DNA from: a virus
Taxonomy: Duplodnaviria > Caudoviricetes
Length of the DNA: 64,000 nt
Direction: 5' to 3' (one strand)
Virus record (IMG/VR): IMGVR_UViG_3300037067_022526
Location: 73,763 to 137,762 of that record
Below, in pieces: positions 37,515 to 48,987 of this stretch. The position numbers and the translations under genes were made by a program. Below the pieces are notes generated by a model, which worked only from the letters and a program-made list of their open reading frames with translations, searched no databases and was not told the origin of the DNA. Within the stretch, counting starts at the first letter, position 1, and every line of letters starts with the position of its first letter.

Positions 37515-38468
37515 TTAGCCTACGAATCCGGTATCACAACCTTTTACTGTATCACCCACAATCTGAAGAGTTGGAAGCTTGTTCAGTTTTTCCATCTCAT
37601 CATATTTAAGTGCTGCTTTGGGAAACTTTTCTCTCATAGAAATATATGATTTGTCGGTCATAAATATATACATGCTAGATTTAGCTACATCATAAATTTC
37701 TTTTAAATCCCGCATATTGGTCGTTTTTTCAATATATCGAGCTTGTATATGGGCCAAAATACGTAATACTTTGTGCACTCCGGTCCAATTGGTGTCACTC
37801 TGAGGGCAATATCCATCGACTAATGGAATTTGCGGGAAGAACGGAGAAGCGTCGATTGTATCATTCGGGAATTTGTCAGCTTCATAAACCTTAAAAGCCT
37901 TATCTCCGATAACAATAACATCGAGTGTAGATTGTCGCTTTGCGATTCTGACGAGCTTTTCTGATTCTACGATATTAAGCGTATTGTCATCATTGAAGAT
38001 TAAACATGGACGAGAACGGGTTCTTTTAGAAAGAATTTCTATTATCTCAGTAGCATCTCGATCATAATGCTCTAATAGTTCACGATCTGACCAATCCTCT
38101 TTTGGTCGATTAGATGATATTACATCTCGAATTACTGCTGCCACATCAGATGTTTCAGTTGCAGCATAGGTTACGCCGGGGGTTTTACCCCGCAATTCTG
38201 CAATTCCCATTCGTAATACGCTTTTAGGTAGCATTCCTGAATCGCAAAAACATTCAAATAAATCTTGCATAGTTAACCATTGCTCATTATCAAGCAATTT
38301 TAAGCTACGCTCAGTTTGACCATCAACTCCAATTTTAGCAAGAGCAATTAAGACATCGGATTCTAATAATCCTACGTCTTTTGCAAATAGTTGAATTCGC
38401 TTATTGAATTCGATTTTCCAAAGGGGGGTTGACTCTGAAACAGATGTGGTGGAATTAGTGTCACTCAT
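37515..38468 (-). CDS. hypothetical protein
   Basis: RBS aaggag; downstream hairpin at about 37470-37502. Confidence 0.65.
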   Translation of the reverse strand: MSDTNSTTSVSESTPLWKIEFNKRIQLFAKDVGLLESDVLIALAKIGVDGQTERSLKLLDNEQWLTMQDLFECFCDSGMLPKSVLRMGIAELRGKTPGVTYAATETSDVAAVIRDVISSNRPKEDWSDRELLEHYDRDATEIIEILSKRTRSRPCLIFNDDNTLNIVESEKLVRIAKRQSTLDVIVIGDKAFKVYEADKFPNDTIDASPFFPQIPLVDGYCPQSDTNWTGVHKVLRILAHIQARYIEKTTNMRDLKEIYDVAKSSMYIFMTDKSYISMREKFPKAALKYDEMEKLNKLPTLQIVGDTVKGCDTGFVG

Positions 38469-38556
38469 TTTTCTCTCCTTTACACACTAGGCCACTCTAC
38501 ATTTTCTTATACGCCGTAGGAAGCGTAACTCTGGCAACTCTGCCACTCTATTATAC

Positions 38557-38925
38557 TCATTCAGTCCGAGAATTCAACTTTTCTTCAAAATATTTTCCAG
38601 CGGTGAATAATAAATTTTCAATACAGTGCCAAATCCAGTTCATTCCGAAGACGGCTATTACACTACCAATATATCCCCAAATATCTGGCATCGGCGGAAA
38701 AACCCAGCAAACAATCAAAGAAATCCAGAGGCCGACGCACATTGGACAATGAAACATTTTATACCACCAAGTATGGAAAAATGATGGGCGACTAAAAACC
38801 CGAGATGCGAGATATCGTTCTTTAACAAACTCCCGTGTTTTGTGCATTATAGATGATTTATTGATGGTCAGGGTGATTCCAAATACCACTAAGGAACAAA
38901 ATATAAGTATACTTATCAAAATCAT
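38557..38925 (-). CDS. DUF1360-like membrane protein
   Basis: CPMCVGLW between TM helices. Confidence 0.6.
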   Translation of the reverse strand: MILISILIFCSLVVFGITLTINKSSIMHKTREFVKERYLASRVFSRPSFFHTWWYKMFHCPMCVGLWISLIVCWVFPPMPDIWGYIGSVIAVFGMNWIWHCIENLLFTAGKYFEEKLNSRTE

Positions 38926-39015
38926 CTCCTACAACAATTATCAGTTTCTTCGGGATCAAAGTGCCACCAGTCGTGTATATAATTTATGAGAATTTCAATT
39001 CCAAAAAGAATTCTA

Positions 39016-40080
39016 TCAATTATTTTCAACTTCTTCTCCTGAAAATAGCATGTCAGTTTGTTGTCCATATCGATGAATTAATATATGATCGGATGTTGTT
39101 CGAATTTTATAAGCATCCAAAGTCGGGAAAGACCTAATTATCCTGCCTCTCAAAAAATTGATTAGCATTATGGAATCCGATGACTGGATAACACCAACAT
39201 CAAATGTTTTATTACCGGATCCGATTCCTTTAATAGCTAAACTGTCATAGATTACTTTGTCGCTTTTAATTTCCCAGATTATGCTGTCTAGTTTTTCATC
39301 GAAGGCCGATATATTTGTTTTGTCGGTAACCAAGTAGTAGTATGTCTGAGATATTCCCAACAGTCTAGACGTGCTTGAAATAGGAGTGCGAATGCTCTCT
39401 GTTTGTTTCCCATTCCATTTTCTTATTGAGTTTTGACTGAGGTATATTATCCCATTATTTGTGCAAAATATTTTAGGGCTCACCAAAGACGATTCAAACC
39501 GGACATTTTTAACCTCGCAAGTTGAATTATTAAATGCAATTAAAAATGTCGAATCTAATACTGCATATATTGTGTCATTAAATTGAACGACATCGGTGAC
39601 CGATTTAAAATTCCAAGTTGATGTTTGTGACACTCTTTTTTGATTAATAAAATTATAGTTCATAAATTGTATGCCGGTATGAGATTTCGTTCCAAACACT
39701 ATACAATTATTGTCAGAAGACAAAAATATAGGAGTGATAATTTTTCCTAGTTTTGTGTCGAATTTATGATGATATGGCAAATTCCCAGATTTATCAATGA
39801 AAATAAACTCATTTCCACTAAATACAAATAAAATTGAGTCGCCTAAATCCACGTATTCGTAAATGCGGGCGTCTACCGGACAGATAACTCGGGTAATTTC
39901 ATTCCCGCTGCAATCATCTACCTGAATTGACTGTCCATTCTTATATATTATTAAATCACCGGATGCATAGAAAACAGGTCGATGTCTAGACTCAACTGAA
40001 ACCGTATATGGATTTATAATACATTCACTTATCAAATTTGCACCTGGTATAAATGGCTGGCTGAGGCTATATAAACCCAA
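39016..40080 (-). CDS. beta-propeller-like protein
   Basis: repeated beta-blade patterns; start uncertain. Confidence 0.5.
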   Translation of the reverse strand: MGLYSLSQPFIPGANLISECIINPYTVSVESRHRPVFYASGDLIIYKNGQSIQVDDCSGNEITRVICPVDARIYEYVDLGDSILFVFSGNEFIFIDKSGNLPYHHKFDTKLGKIITPIFLSSDNNCIVFGTKSHTGIQFMNYNFINQKRVSQTSTWNFKSVTDVVQFNDTIYAVLDSTFLIAFNNSTCEVKNVRFESSLVSPKIFCTNNGIIYLSQNSIRKWNGKQTESIRTPISSTSRLLGISQTYYYLVTDKTNISAFDEKLDSIIWEIKSDKVIYDSLAIKGIGSGNKTFDVGVIQSSDSIMLINFLRGRIIRSFPTLDAYKIRTTSDHILIHRYGQQTDMLFSGEEVENN

Positions 40081-41057
40081 TTATCTCTTACAATTGGTTT
40101 CCATAACTGGTTTTTCGATAGATTCAAAATTGACAATCCCTGTTTGTTGAAATCGTATTGGATCAGGTTTCCAGAATCATCCGAAACATATACACTGTCT
40201 CCGGATTTTGTGACAGAAGATGCTCCCGGATTTGGTATACTTTTTCGGTCATCTATGCTTCCGGAGTCGATATCAACCACATATATCGATTTACCAGCGA
40301 ACCAAATTATTTTATCATCATATAATTGTACTGGTGGAGAACTATTTTTTTCTACTAATATTTTACGGAACATAATTGCGGATTCCTTGTTAATAACTTC
40401 CATCGTTCCCATGTTTGATGCATAAGATATATATTTATTAGAAATCACAGGGGAATAATTGGACGTTACTTTTAATTCTAGTATGCCATCGATTTCGCAC
40501 TGGGTATTAATTTTATATACTTTCCTGCCGATGTTTATCCAAATGTCGTCTACAAGAACCATTTGATTTACTGTTTCTCCACGAACACTGGGACTTTGTT
40601 TCGTTTTTTTGCCGTCTCGCTTGTCGTTATAACAGACACAAAACAAGTCGGTGGTAGGTTTTCCACCATTATTAATTGGAATACCACATAAAGAGTATAT
40701 GCCATCAACGGTTTGGCAAAAATCAATAACGTTCATCACTCCGACATCAAAATGTACCAATTCAATGCCTGAGAATTTGTCGATGGCTATAAGTTGGCCA
40801 GTATTTGTAACGACGTAAAAACAATTTTCATCAATACAAGATGGAGTTTGTAATTGATGATTAATCCAAAAAGACCCTAATTTTACAAAGGTATTCGGGT
40901 CGAAAGTGACTAATTGACTTGATGACTTGGACAGTACTAAAGCATTAAAACCTGACTCGTCTAAAAAGTAGTCTAGCAATGTTCCGTTTATTGGAATAGC
41001 TTTTTTAAGTTGCATTTGATTTCCAGTATAATATAAATGGACATTAGAATTATACAA
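40032..41057 (-). CDS. PQQ/BamB-like beta-propeller protein
   Basis: GQLIAIDKFSG, IYVVDIDSG, VYVSDDSGNL. Confidence 0.6.
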   Translation of the reverse strand: MYNSNVHLYYTGNQMQLKKAIPINGTLLDYFLDESGFNALVLSKSSSQLVTFDPNTFVKLGSFWINHQLQTPSCIDENCFYVVTNTGQLIAIDKFSGIELVHFDVGVMNVIDFCQTVDGIYSLCGIPINNGGKPTTDLFCVCYNDKRDGKKTKQSPSVRGETVNQMVLVDDIWINIGRKVYKINTQCEIDGILELKVTSNYSPVISNKYISYASNMGTMEVINKESAIMFRKILVEKNSSPPVQLYDDKIIWFAGKSIYVVDIDSGSIDDRKSIPNPGASSVTKSGDSVYVSDDSGNLIQYDFNKQGLSILNLSKNQLWKPIVRDNWVYIASASHLYQVQI

Positions 41058-41061
41058 TCTT

Positions 41062-41727
41062 ATGAGCTGGCTAAAAAGACATGACGCGATTATTCTTTCT
41101 CAATCCTCTGAGATACCATACGTTATCTTGGAAAATGGAGTGTTCTTATGTTTCGATAATTTGTATGGCACTGATGCTTACGATTCGGAACATTCAATTA
41201 AGTTTATAGCCTATCCAAATGACATAAGTAGACAAAGCACTAATTATTTTAAGCTCAAACAATTTCCAAAAATTATACCGTTCGAAGAAATATTAAGTCT
41301 CGATAATATTATCACAAATGGAAAATTGTTAAAAATTGCACAGGATTTACCAGATGATTCTAAGTCGGTTTTGGTGGCCAAATCCAAATACACTAGGCGG
41401 CTGAACGAAAATAAGCTCCAGGATTTTATTGACATGTTGGATGAATATGACAAAACGTTTTTACTCGTTGGAGATGAAATAGATGAACAATCAAGAATTC
41501 TGGAAGATGATATGACTTTGATTCATCATCGAGGATGGTATCCAACATCTGTGTCTATCGCTCATCATGTCTGCGGCTTGTCTAGTAGGAAGTGGTGCTG
41601 GACAAAATCATTGCCAGAATTAGATATAGTTACCTTGGGACTAAAAGATTCCCAAGAAATGAGAAGAGCGGATGAGTGCTTAAGCAATATAGGAGTTACG
41701 AATAAAGAAATAATTTGGCGTGGTTAA
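41062..41727 (+). CDS. hypothetical protein
   Basis: 221 aa ORF. Confidence 0.6.
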   Translation: MSWLKRHDAIILSQSSEIPYVILENGVFLCFDNLYGTDAYDSEHSIKFIAYPNDISRQSTNYFKLKQFPKIIPFEEILSLDNIITNGKLLKIAQDLPDDSKSVLVAKSKYTRRLNENKLQDFIDMLDEYDKTFLLVGDEIDEQSRILEDDMTLIHHRGWYPTSVSIAHHVCGLSSRKWCWTKSLPELDIVTLGLKDSQEMRRADECLSNIGVTNKEIIWRG

Positions 41728-41765
41728 CTGGTATAATATAAAGAATTGAATTTGGATTTGTTCTG

Positions 41766-43196
41766 ATGAAGTTAATAAACACAACTAATAACACAATTTA
41801 CTTAGACGATTTAGATGAGTATCTGCCATTTGATGATGGCAAACCATTCGACGTTTCATTTGATAAACTGAAAAAATCCAGATGTCTTCGTAATACAATT
41901 CTGTCTGGTGCTCTAAAAATACACGATTATGACCCCAATGAACAAATCGAAGCATCTTTGTCTTATATGGTTAATAAGATTAATCAGGAAAGAAAAGTAG
42001 AACCTATCCCGAAGGAAGAAGTAGACGATATTTTACCAATACCACCATCGTTAATTAAATCAAACTCTGATATAGAAATAAAAGTTCGTGGATTATTTTA
42101 TGATACCAGTGGCTATGCTAAAGTAAATAGAAACTTGGTATCTAAATTGGTTCAGATGGGATATAAGGTTAAAGTTGACCCCAAAAAAGGGCAAAATCAA
42201 CTTGGCGAGCAAGAGCTAAAAAACCTTGTTCCACTTGAAAAAACCAAAATATCCAGGAATCACATTTTGATTGACAGCATCATACCATCATTTTCAGAAG
42301 TTGGCACTGGTAAATATAAGATATTGTATACTACTATTGAATCATATACTATCCCAAAACAATTTGAAGAGTGCTGCAAATTATATGATGAAATTTGGTT
42401 GACTTCGGACTGGAGCGCATCAATTCTGCGAAAGAGCATTAAGGATAAACCGATTTATTCGGTTATTACAGGGGTAGATACAGATCTCTACACAGAAAAT
42501 GGGGCTCAATATGATTTCGGGTCCAGCGTTAAAAAATTTATTTTCATATCAGTATTTAACTGGGGATATCGTAAGGGACCTGACGTTTTACTAAAGGCTT
42601 ATTTCGACGAATTTTCATCGAACGATGATGTGACTCTCTTGATTATGAGCCGATATCAAGGAGGAAGGACTAAGTTCCATAAGGATAAAATCAAATTTGA
42701 CATAGATGAAATAATGACAAAGTTTCCCAACAAAGATATGCCGCATGTTGTTAGGTTTAGTCAGCAACTATCTGAAAAAGATATGCCAAAGTTATATCGA
42801 TCAGCACATGCTTTTATTTTGACTTCGCGGGGAGAAGGCGGTTGCTTAACTCCATTAGAGGCAAGTATGTGCGGAATGCCTGTTATTATGACCAATTGCA
42901 GCGGACAACAAGGGTATCTTCGTCCAGATAATTCATATATGATAGAAATTGATAGATTGAAAGAGATTCAACCCGGGCAGATGGGTCTCCATTACTGGGA
43001 TGGACAGCAGTTCCCAGATTTGACATCGAACAAAGTGCATGACCAAGTTAAACGGGCAATGCGATCTGTTTATGAAAATTATGCAGAAGCAAAGAATAGA
43101 AATCGCAATATGCAAAAATTTATTCTAGAGAATTTTACTTGGAATCACACTGCAAATGCTGCTGCGGAAAGGATCAATGACATTGCAAGGAGGTAA
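41766..43196 (+). CDS. GT4 glycosyltransferase with N-terminal extension
   Basis: SGYAK, YRKGPDVL, SRGEGGCLTPLEA. Confidence 0.85.
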   Translation: MKLINTTNNTIYLDDLDEYLPFDDGKPFDVSFDKLKKSRCLRNTILSGALKIHDYDPNEQIEASLSYMVNKINQERKVEPIPKEEVDDILPIPPSLIKSNSDIEIKVRGLFYDTSGYAKVNRNLVSKLVQMGYKVKVDPKKGQNQLGEQELKNLVPLEKTKISRNHILIDSIIPSFSEVGTGKYKILYTTIESYTIPKQFEECCKLYDEIWLTSDWSASILRKSIKDKPIYSVITGVDTDLYTENGAQYDFGSSVKKFIFISVFNWGYRKGPDVLLKAYFDEFSSNDDVTLLIMSRYQGGRTKFHKDKIKFDIDEIMTKFPNKDMPHVVRFSQQLSEKDMPKLYRSAHAFILTSRGEGGCLTPLEASMCGMPVIMTNCSGQQGYLRPDNSYMIEIDRLKEIQPGQMGLHYWDGQQFPDLTSNKVHDQVKRAMRSVYENYAEAKNRNRNMQKFILENFTWNHTANAAAERINDIARR

Positions 43197-43199
43197 AAT

Positions 43200-43829
43200 A
43201 TGATAATTGTATTTTATAATGCTAATCAAGAAAAAGTGTATATCTGTGACACAAACAATAAAACTACAGTTGTTGATGCTAACGACACAAGAGTGTTTGA
43301 TAATATACCCAACGATGACATTCTCTATGTAACAAATGGACATTATTTTACTAAACAGCAGTTTCTTGATTGGATGGCAGGAGAATATAAAATTAATGAT
43401 GCCACTAATACGAGCAAATATGCTGGAATAATGAATGATAGTCCGGTCAACGCAAATACTGGTGTGCCTCAAAAGCCTCGGAAATATATTCATGCCACGG
43501 CTAATGGTGTTGTGCTGATTGAAGACCTAAATCCACCTGTAATGCTCGAAGGAAAATGGGATTTTATAGCAGTAGATACCATTGGAGAAGAAAACCTAGA
43601 AAACAGTGCATTCTTCAGAACTCTGCTAAAGCGAGGCAAAATCGCTTATGTTGACGAGAAATATGTTGTAGAAAACCAGCATAAGAAGAAGACCAAAAAA
43701 TCTCCAACCGAAGCAGCGTTAGATAAGATACTGATAAAAGACTCTACTCCTGGAGCGGCAGATAAAGTAGCCTCCTCTGGAGGAATGTCAAATGGCGACG
43801 ACGTTGCAATACCGATAATAATTGAGTAA
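43200..43829 (+). CDS. hypothetical protein
   Basis: RBS aggagg. Confidence 0.65.
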   Translation: MIIVFYNANQEKVYICDTNNKTTVVDANDTRVFDNIPNDDILYVTNGHYFTKQQFLDWMAGEYKINDATNTSKYAGIMNDSPVNANTGVPQKPRKYIHATANGVVLIEDLNPPVMLEGKWDFIAVDTIGEENLENSAFFRTLLKRGKIAYVDEKYVVENQHKKKTKKSPTEAALDKILIKDSTPGAADKVASSGGMSNGDDVAIPIIIE

Positions 43830-43857
43830 TAAGTAAACAATTAAACAGGAGCAGTGA

Positions 43858-44205
43858 ATGAGAGAAGTTAGTAGGGAACATCAATTAGGCAGAATTTTAG
43901 CATCCAAATGGATGACTGTATTGAAATTTACACTTGACTTAGAAGAGTTCTCTTACAAAGAAAATGGACGAGATGATCCAAAATACAAGTTTTTTAAGAA
44001 ACAATTAATGTCGCATTCATATGATGTATTCAGGCGTCTAATGGAGGAACTAGAAGATATTGGAATACTCCAAGAAACCGAATACGATGAAGACATCAAG
44101 CAGGGATACCAGGATAACGACAGTGGCGGATCGGGATATTTGAATACCGACAGTTTTAATGGCTGGATAAAAAGAGAGGTCGCTAAACTCAAAGAATCAG
44201 ATTGA
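43858..44205 (+). CDS. hypothetical protein
   Basis: RBS aggag. Confidence 0.6.
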   Translation: MREVSREHQLGRILASKWMTVLKFTLDLEEFSYKENGRDDPKYKFFKKQLMSHSYDVFRRLMEELEDIGILQETEYDEDIKQGYQDNDSGGSGYLNTDSFNGWIKREVAKLKESD

Positions 44206-44220
44206 ATTGATTGCGATTAT

Positions 44221-46461
44221 TTAATAGTCACTTCTTGACTGCTCTCTATTGTAAGTGTTATTATGTATTGTCGCGCCTCTAGATGTTTTAGTTTCAGTCC
44301 ATTGAGGATTTGAGGTTCGCACAGTGGCTCCTTTGCTTGTTTTGGTGACAGTCGTGTTATCTCTGTGCTTTCCGCCTACCACTCTGATTTCACCAGTTAA
44401 GTCCAAATAGTTCCAATCGCTCCAACCAGCATTGTCTACATTTGTTCTGATGTAATAATTTTTTGTTCTATCTATCCAAAGATTAATGTAATTGGTCCCA
44501 TAGGATAATAAATTCCCATTAATAACATTGGGTATTGAAATTGTTTGAGCCTCTTTTGATGTTTGGTCTTCACTTCTGATCTGCCATATCATAGAATCAG
44601 TATAATCTGTGTCAGAAACCAGTTTTACTTCATTATTTTTGAAGGTTTGATTGGAAACGGCCGCAAATTCTTCGTACTGCACTTGTCCTATTATGTCAAA
44701 AGAGTTTGAAGTAGCGGAAGTAGAACCTACTGTAGCTATTAGATGATGTGTCCCAAAACCATCAATTTTTAAATCATCAAAAGTGGCAATTCCATCAACT
44801 ATTTCCTTAATCAGTGTTCCTGTTAAAGTTCCGATGCCAGACATCGACATTGTTACGGCAGTGGTAGAACCTATAGAATCCGATATATTGCCGTATTCAT
44901 CATAAACTGTAACAGTTACGGTTGGCAAGGTTCTATTTTTTAATGTGTCTTGTGGTTGTACTGAAAAGGATAAAAATGCGGTTGATAGGCTTTTTATCTC
45001 GAAACTTCCACCCAATTCCCATGCCACTCCAACTCCCACAGGAGCAAAATCACTTCCGTTCAATCTCATATATATTTTATCTGCGTCTGATTGAGTATAA
45101 AATTCAGTATTATCATGATCTGATTTTAAATTAACCACATATGGGCAATCATCTGGATAAAAATAGGCAGATTTTGAAGTAACTGCCTTAGTTTCCTCAC
45201 CTATTGTATAATGCGTTGTATCACCTGATAATTTAACATACCCGGTTAATGCTAGTAATAAATCAGCAGAGCCAGATGTCCCCAATGACCACGAAGGTAA
45301 ATAAATAGTGTAAGCAGGAGATGCCGATTGCCATGTTATTGTCGATGTCGTGGCAACACCAGAGCTTGTATATGTGTACGTATAAGACACTTCTGTCACT
45401 CCAGCGCCTGCCGGTCCACATGTTCCTGAATATGTTACAACAATTTCATCTGCTTCAATAATAGAATCATAAGCAGGACCACCGCTACCCGGGTCTGTCA
45501 ATGGGTCTGGATATGCCGCTCCGTCTGTAGTAATAACTGGTGTTATTGAAAGGGTTAATTCATTATTATCTGCGACAACGAAATGGAATCCATCTCCTGT
45601 CCATCGGGCAACGCCAGACCCATTATTTTGGTTCGCGGTAGTGTGTATCACGTTGGGTTTTACTAATCTATAACAACCACGAGAATATGTCGTTGGAATG
45701 TGTGAGTGAGTGTTAGTCCCTGATCCCGCGACAGAGTACTGGATTGAAGTTCCATCATGATATAAGGCAAAGTGCCTATTGCCTTCAATATAACCATCGA
45801 TATTTACTTCTGTCGGGTCTGCCTCTCTATCGGTATCAAAAGTCAGAACGGCAATTAAGAAAAACGATTTTGCTCCATCACTACCTAATGAAATTTTAAT
45901 TGATCTATCTGCGTCGGTTGGATCTACCGTAACAACATAGTCCCCAATCCTGCCAGCAGTGGCATACGTTGGCGGAGTGAATGTGCCTATAGCGTTATAT
46001 ACTCCTGGTGAAGCAGGTGTGCCAACGGATAATAGCACAGTAACATCTTTACCCGGAGTTGGGCGAGGATTATGTCTGATAGCAATAGTATCGTAACCTG
46101 CTGGTAAAGTGCACAGTGCATAATCAACATCTGCTGCCGCGTGTCCTGTCCATCGTTCTACGTGCCCACTTGCTGGGCCAGATGCGGTAACTGCCGCCAG
46201 AGACCAGGCTGCCGCAGCATTATTTATATATTCAGTTATACGGCCATTGTTCACCGTTTGAAACCTACATGCTCTTACTACTCCAGCGGTTACTGAATGT
46301 ATCGGAAGAACTTTCCATGCAGCATCAGCGGTAGGATTAGTATTAAGCAGTTCTGGAGGCATTAAACCATAACAGACCCATTCATTGGTGCCCACCAATG
46401 GAGCATAAATGTCGTATCCGCGCCAATGGTCTGACCTTCTAATTATAGATATTTTGGACAT
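44221..46461 (-). CDS. large Thr/Gly/Ser-rich beta protein with Ig-like module (probable virion protein)
   Basis: LSFSVQP...DEYGN...GIATFDDLKID Ig-like pattern; RBS ggag. Confidence 0.6.
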   Translation of the reverse strand: MSKISIIRRSDHWRGYDIYAPLVGTNEWVCYGLMPPELLNTNPTADAAWKVLPIHSVTAGVVRACRFQTVNNGRITEYINNAAAAWSLAAVTASGPASGHVERWTGHAAADVDYALCTLPAGYDTIAIRHNPRPTPGKDVTVLLSVGTPASPGVYNAIGTFTPPTYATAGRIGDYVVTVDPTDADRSIKISLGSDGAKSFFLIAVLTFDTDREADPTEVNIDGYIEGNRHFALYHDGTSIQYSVAGSGTNTHSHIPTTYSRGCYRLVKPNVIHTTANQNNGSGVARWTGDGFHFVVADNNELTLSITPVITTDGAAYPDPLTDPGSGGPAYDSIIEADEIVVTYSGTCGPAGAGVTEVSYTYTYTSSGVATTSTITWQSASPAYTIYLPSWSLGTSGSADLLLALTGYVKLSGDTTHYTIGEETKAVTSKSAYFYPDDCPYVVNLKSDHDNTEFYTQSDADKIYMRLNGSDFAPVGVGVAWELGGSFEIKSLSTAFLSFSVQPQDTLKNRTLPTVTVTVYDEYGNISDSIGSTTAVTMSMSGIGTLTGTLIKEIVDGIATFDDLKIDGFGTHHLIATVGSTSATSNSFDIIGQVQYEEFAAVSNQTFKNNEVKLVSDTDYTDSMIWQIRSEDQTSKEAQTISIPNVINGNLLSYGTNYINLWIDRTKNYYIRTNVDNAGWSDWNYLDLTGEIRVVGGKHRDNTTVTKTSKGATVRTSNPQWTETKTSRGATIHNNTYNREQSRSDY

Positions 46462-46599
46462 AATCTCTCTCCAAATTTTAAGCAAACCCGCCAATCTGAT
46501 GCGGCTATTAATAAACCCATACGTTAGTTGCACAAATTATTAAACAAATCCTTTGCAAATTTTAGAGGAGCGCTATTACATTTTGCACAAATTTATTAT

Positions 46600-47511
46600 A
46601 TGACAAGTCGATTACAAATCATATTGCCTCCAATGAATCCCGAGATCGTCGTGGAATTATTTGGCGAAGTCTATGATTGGGGATTAAGAGATCTGCATAT
46701 ACCTGAAATACATAAACAGACAATGGGGGAAGGTGTTACCATTGCTGTCATTGACAGTGGAAAAAGTGAACATTTTGAAATGAAAAACAATATTATAGGA
46801 GAGAAGAATTTTTCAAAATCTCCGGTTGTCGAAGACAGAGTAGGACATGGCACTGCTACATCTGGAATTATAGCAGCCGGGATCAATGGTGAGGGTATTA
46901 TTGGAGTTGCACCAAAAGGTAAAATTTACTTTATTAAGGCAATTGATGACAGTGGTTGTGGATCCCCATCAGCGCTTACTAATGGAATACGATGGGCTAC
47001 TGATCAGAAAGTAGATATTATTTCTATTTCAGCCGGAATGTTCAGTGATTTCGCCCCGATGAGAGATGCCGTCATAAGGGCTTATGATAATAATATTATT
47101 ATAGTAGCTGCGGTTGGGAACACGGGAAATCGGTATTATGACGTAGCATTCCCAGCCAGATACCCACAAGTTATAGGAATAGCAGCATATGATCCAAATC
47201 ATAAAGTTGCTACGTTTTCATCAAGAGGCGCTAATATATCTTTTGCCGCTCCGGGAGTGGATATTTATTCTACGTGGCTTAACAACCAATATTGCAAGCA
47301 AAGCGGAAGCAGTTTTGCGGCTCCAATTATGTCGGGCATCTGTGCCCTGATTCTGTCCAAACATAAGTATTCTGGCGTTAAATCAGCTACGCCATGTGAA
47401 ACTCCAAAACAAATGATGGAGCATCTACAGAAATATGCAATAAACATAGGGGAGAGAAATGCAGTGGGATTTGGAATGCTAGATACCAGATCTATGTTCC
47501 AGGAAGATTAA
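46600..47511 (+). CDS. subtilisin-like (S8) serine protease
   Basis: IDSG, GHGT, AAVGN, SGSSFAAP. Confidence 0.9.
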   Translation: MTSRLQIILPPMNPEIVVELFGEVYDWGLRDLHIPEIHKQTMGEGVTIAVIDSGKSEHFEMKNNIIGEKNFSKSPVVEDRVGHGTATSGIIAAGINGEGIIGVAPKGKIYFIKAIDDSGCGSPSALTNGIRWATDQKVDIISISAGMFSDFAPMRDAVIRAYDNNIIIVAAVGNTGNRYYDVAFPARYPQVIGIAAYDPNHKVATFSSRGANISFAAPGVDIYSTWLNNQYCKQSGSSFAAPIMSGICALILSKHKYSGVKSATPCETPKQMMEHLQKYAINIGERNAVGFGMLDTRSMFQED

Positions 47512-47518
47512 GATTAGA

Positions 47519-47552
47519 GAATCTGTGGGACTTTAGTCCCTGCGGAGTGTCA
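47519..47552 (+). mobile_element. IS200/IS605 right-end-like hairpin, copy 1
   Basis: GAATCTGTGGGAC-TTTA-GTCCCTGCGGAGTGTCA. Confidence 0.65.
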
Positions 47553-47557
47553 AAAAC

Positions 47558-48973
47558 ATGGATATATCAAATGTTAAATTCAGAGGAGACTGCACGATAT
47601 GGGGTATGGGCGTTTCGTCTGTGAGATGCACAAGGGATAACGGCTTTAAAGTCTCAACGACCGGTAGCCATTTTAGATACAATACAGGCAAATTGCGCAT
47701 ATACCAAGGTTTGTCTCTTACCCGCAGATTAATTGCAACTATATTTTTTGATAATGGAACTGTTTTTACGATGGAAGAATCCACGCCAGATCATGTACTT
47801 TATTCATCAGAAAAAGTTAATATAGGCATTTATGGCGACTCAACCCTTATAATATCCCCCAAAGAGGACGTGCATTTAGCCATTAAGGGTAATTTTGTTC
47901 CAGACTATGAAGGAACATACAGTGGTGAATTATTACTAATTGACAGTCTTGGTGGCATTTCAATAGCTCCTCAACGATACGAAAGTGGATATTCAACTGA
48001 CAGAGTACTCTTGCAGAGAAAATATTGGCTAGTTGAATATAATTTATTAGCAAATAATAGGATGATGATTGCTGCATTTCCTGGTAAATCATTTGATTTT
48101 GACAGATCATTCCATTCCGAATCAATTTTTGTATATGGTGCTCGTGACCCACAATATGCTAACCCATTCGGAGAAATGCCGCCAGATGATATCATTGTTC
48201 AAATGAGTAATAAATTTAATTTTATAATCTCACATCATTTAGGATTGTATGTGAATTCTAAACCAGCCCCATTTAACGTTGTTAATAAACCCGAATTCGC
48301 AAGGTTTGTCAATACCGCACAATCCAATGGAATAAAAGTTGCGGCATATTCATCACTGTTTTATGATTATAAGCTTAACGCACCGACGGAAGGACACGAT
48401 ACATCTGTAAACATGTATATTCAGCATGTTCAGAACTTAGTCAATCAATTTGGCATTCAGGCTATTTATGTTGATGGTCTTCTGCCTGATGCAGATGGCC
48501 GGTTATATGATAATAAAATAACCAGTTGGGAAGTTATTCGAATTCTGAGAGAGATGTTTGGCCCAGAAGGCGGTATTATATTCCACGGCACTCACAGAGG
48601 GCTTCCCAACGCAACTATGCCGAATGTTGATGTATATTGTTCTGTTGTAATATATGGGGAGAGCGTCCCTGTATATACCCTGAACGACCCATATGTGTTA
48701 TATCAAATCAGAAAGTATGGAATCTCAAATGCAGTTGGATATTGGTATTGTATGACAACAAGAGAGCGAAAGAATAATTTAACTATTAATCAATGTATGG
48801 ACAAATCTCTTGAGATGAATTGTAGGGGATATAGTTTCAGCTCTATGATTCCAAATCCAAATACTAATTTAATTGAATGGGGCAATGGGTTCGATGGAGT
48901 TGGATTTTATCAGCATTATGATTCACAGCTAGCGATAAAAAAAGAGGAGTATTTGAATGCTACGGTCGAATAG
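47558..48973 (+). CDS. hypothetical protein, possible glycoside-hydrolase-like TIM barrel
   Basis: GIKVAAY, AIYVDG and IIFH patterns. Confidence 0.45.
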   Translation: MDISNVKFRGDCTIWGMGVSSVRCTRDNGFKVSTTGSHFRYNTGKLRIYQGLSLTRRLIATIFFDNGTVFTMEESTPDHVLYSSEKVNIGIYGDSTLIISPKEDVHLAIKGNFVPDYEGTYSGELLLIDSLGGISIAPQRYESGYSTDRVLLQRKYWLVEYNLLANNRMMIAAFPGKSFDFDRSFHSESIFVYGARDPQYANPFGEMPPDDIIVQMSNKFNFIISHHLGLYVNSKPAPFNVVNKPEFARFVNTAQSNGIKVAAYSSLFYDYKLNAPTEGHDTSVNMYIQHVQNLVNQFGIQAIYVDGLLPDADGRLYDNKITSWEVIRILREMFGPEGGIIFHGTHRGLPNATMPNVDVYCSVVIYGESVPVYTLNDPYVLYQIRKYGISNAVGYWYCMTTRERKNNLTINQCMDKSLEMNCRGYSFSSMIPNPNTNLIEWGNGFDGVGFYQHYDSQLAIKKEEYLNATVE

Positions 48974-48987
48974 TAAATTACCCAAAA

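Noticed and set aside
38470-38556. Riboswitch in the leader of 37515..38468
   Set aside because: Short stems only, no recognisable aptamer consensus
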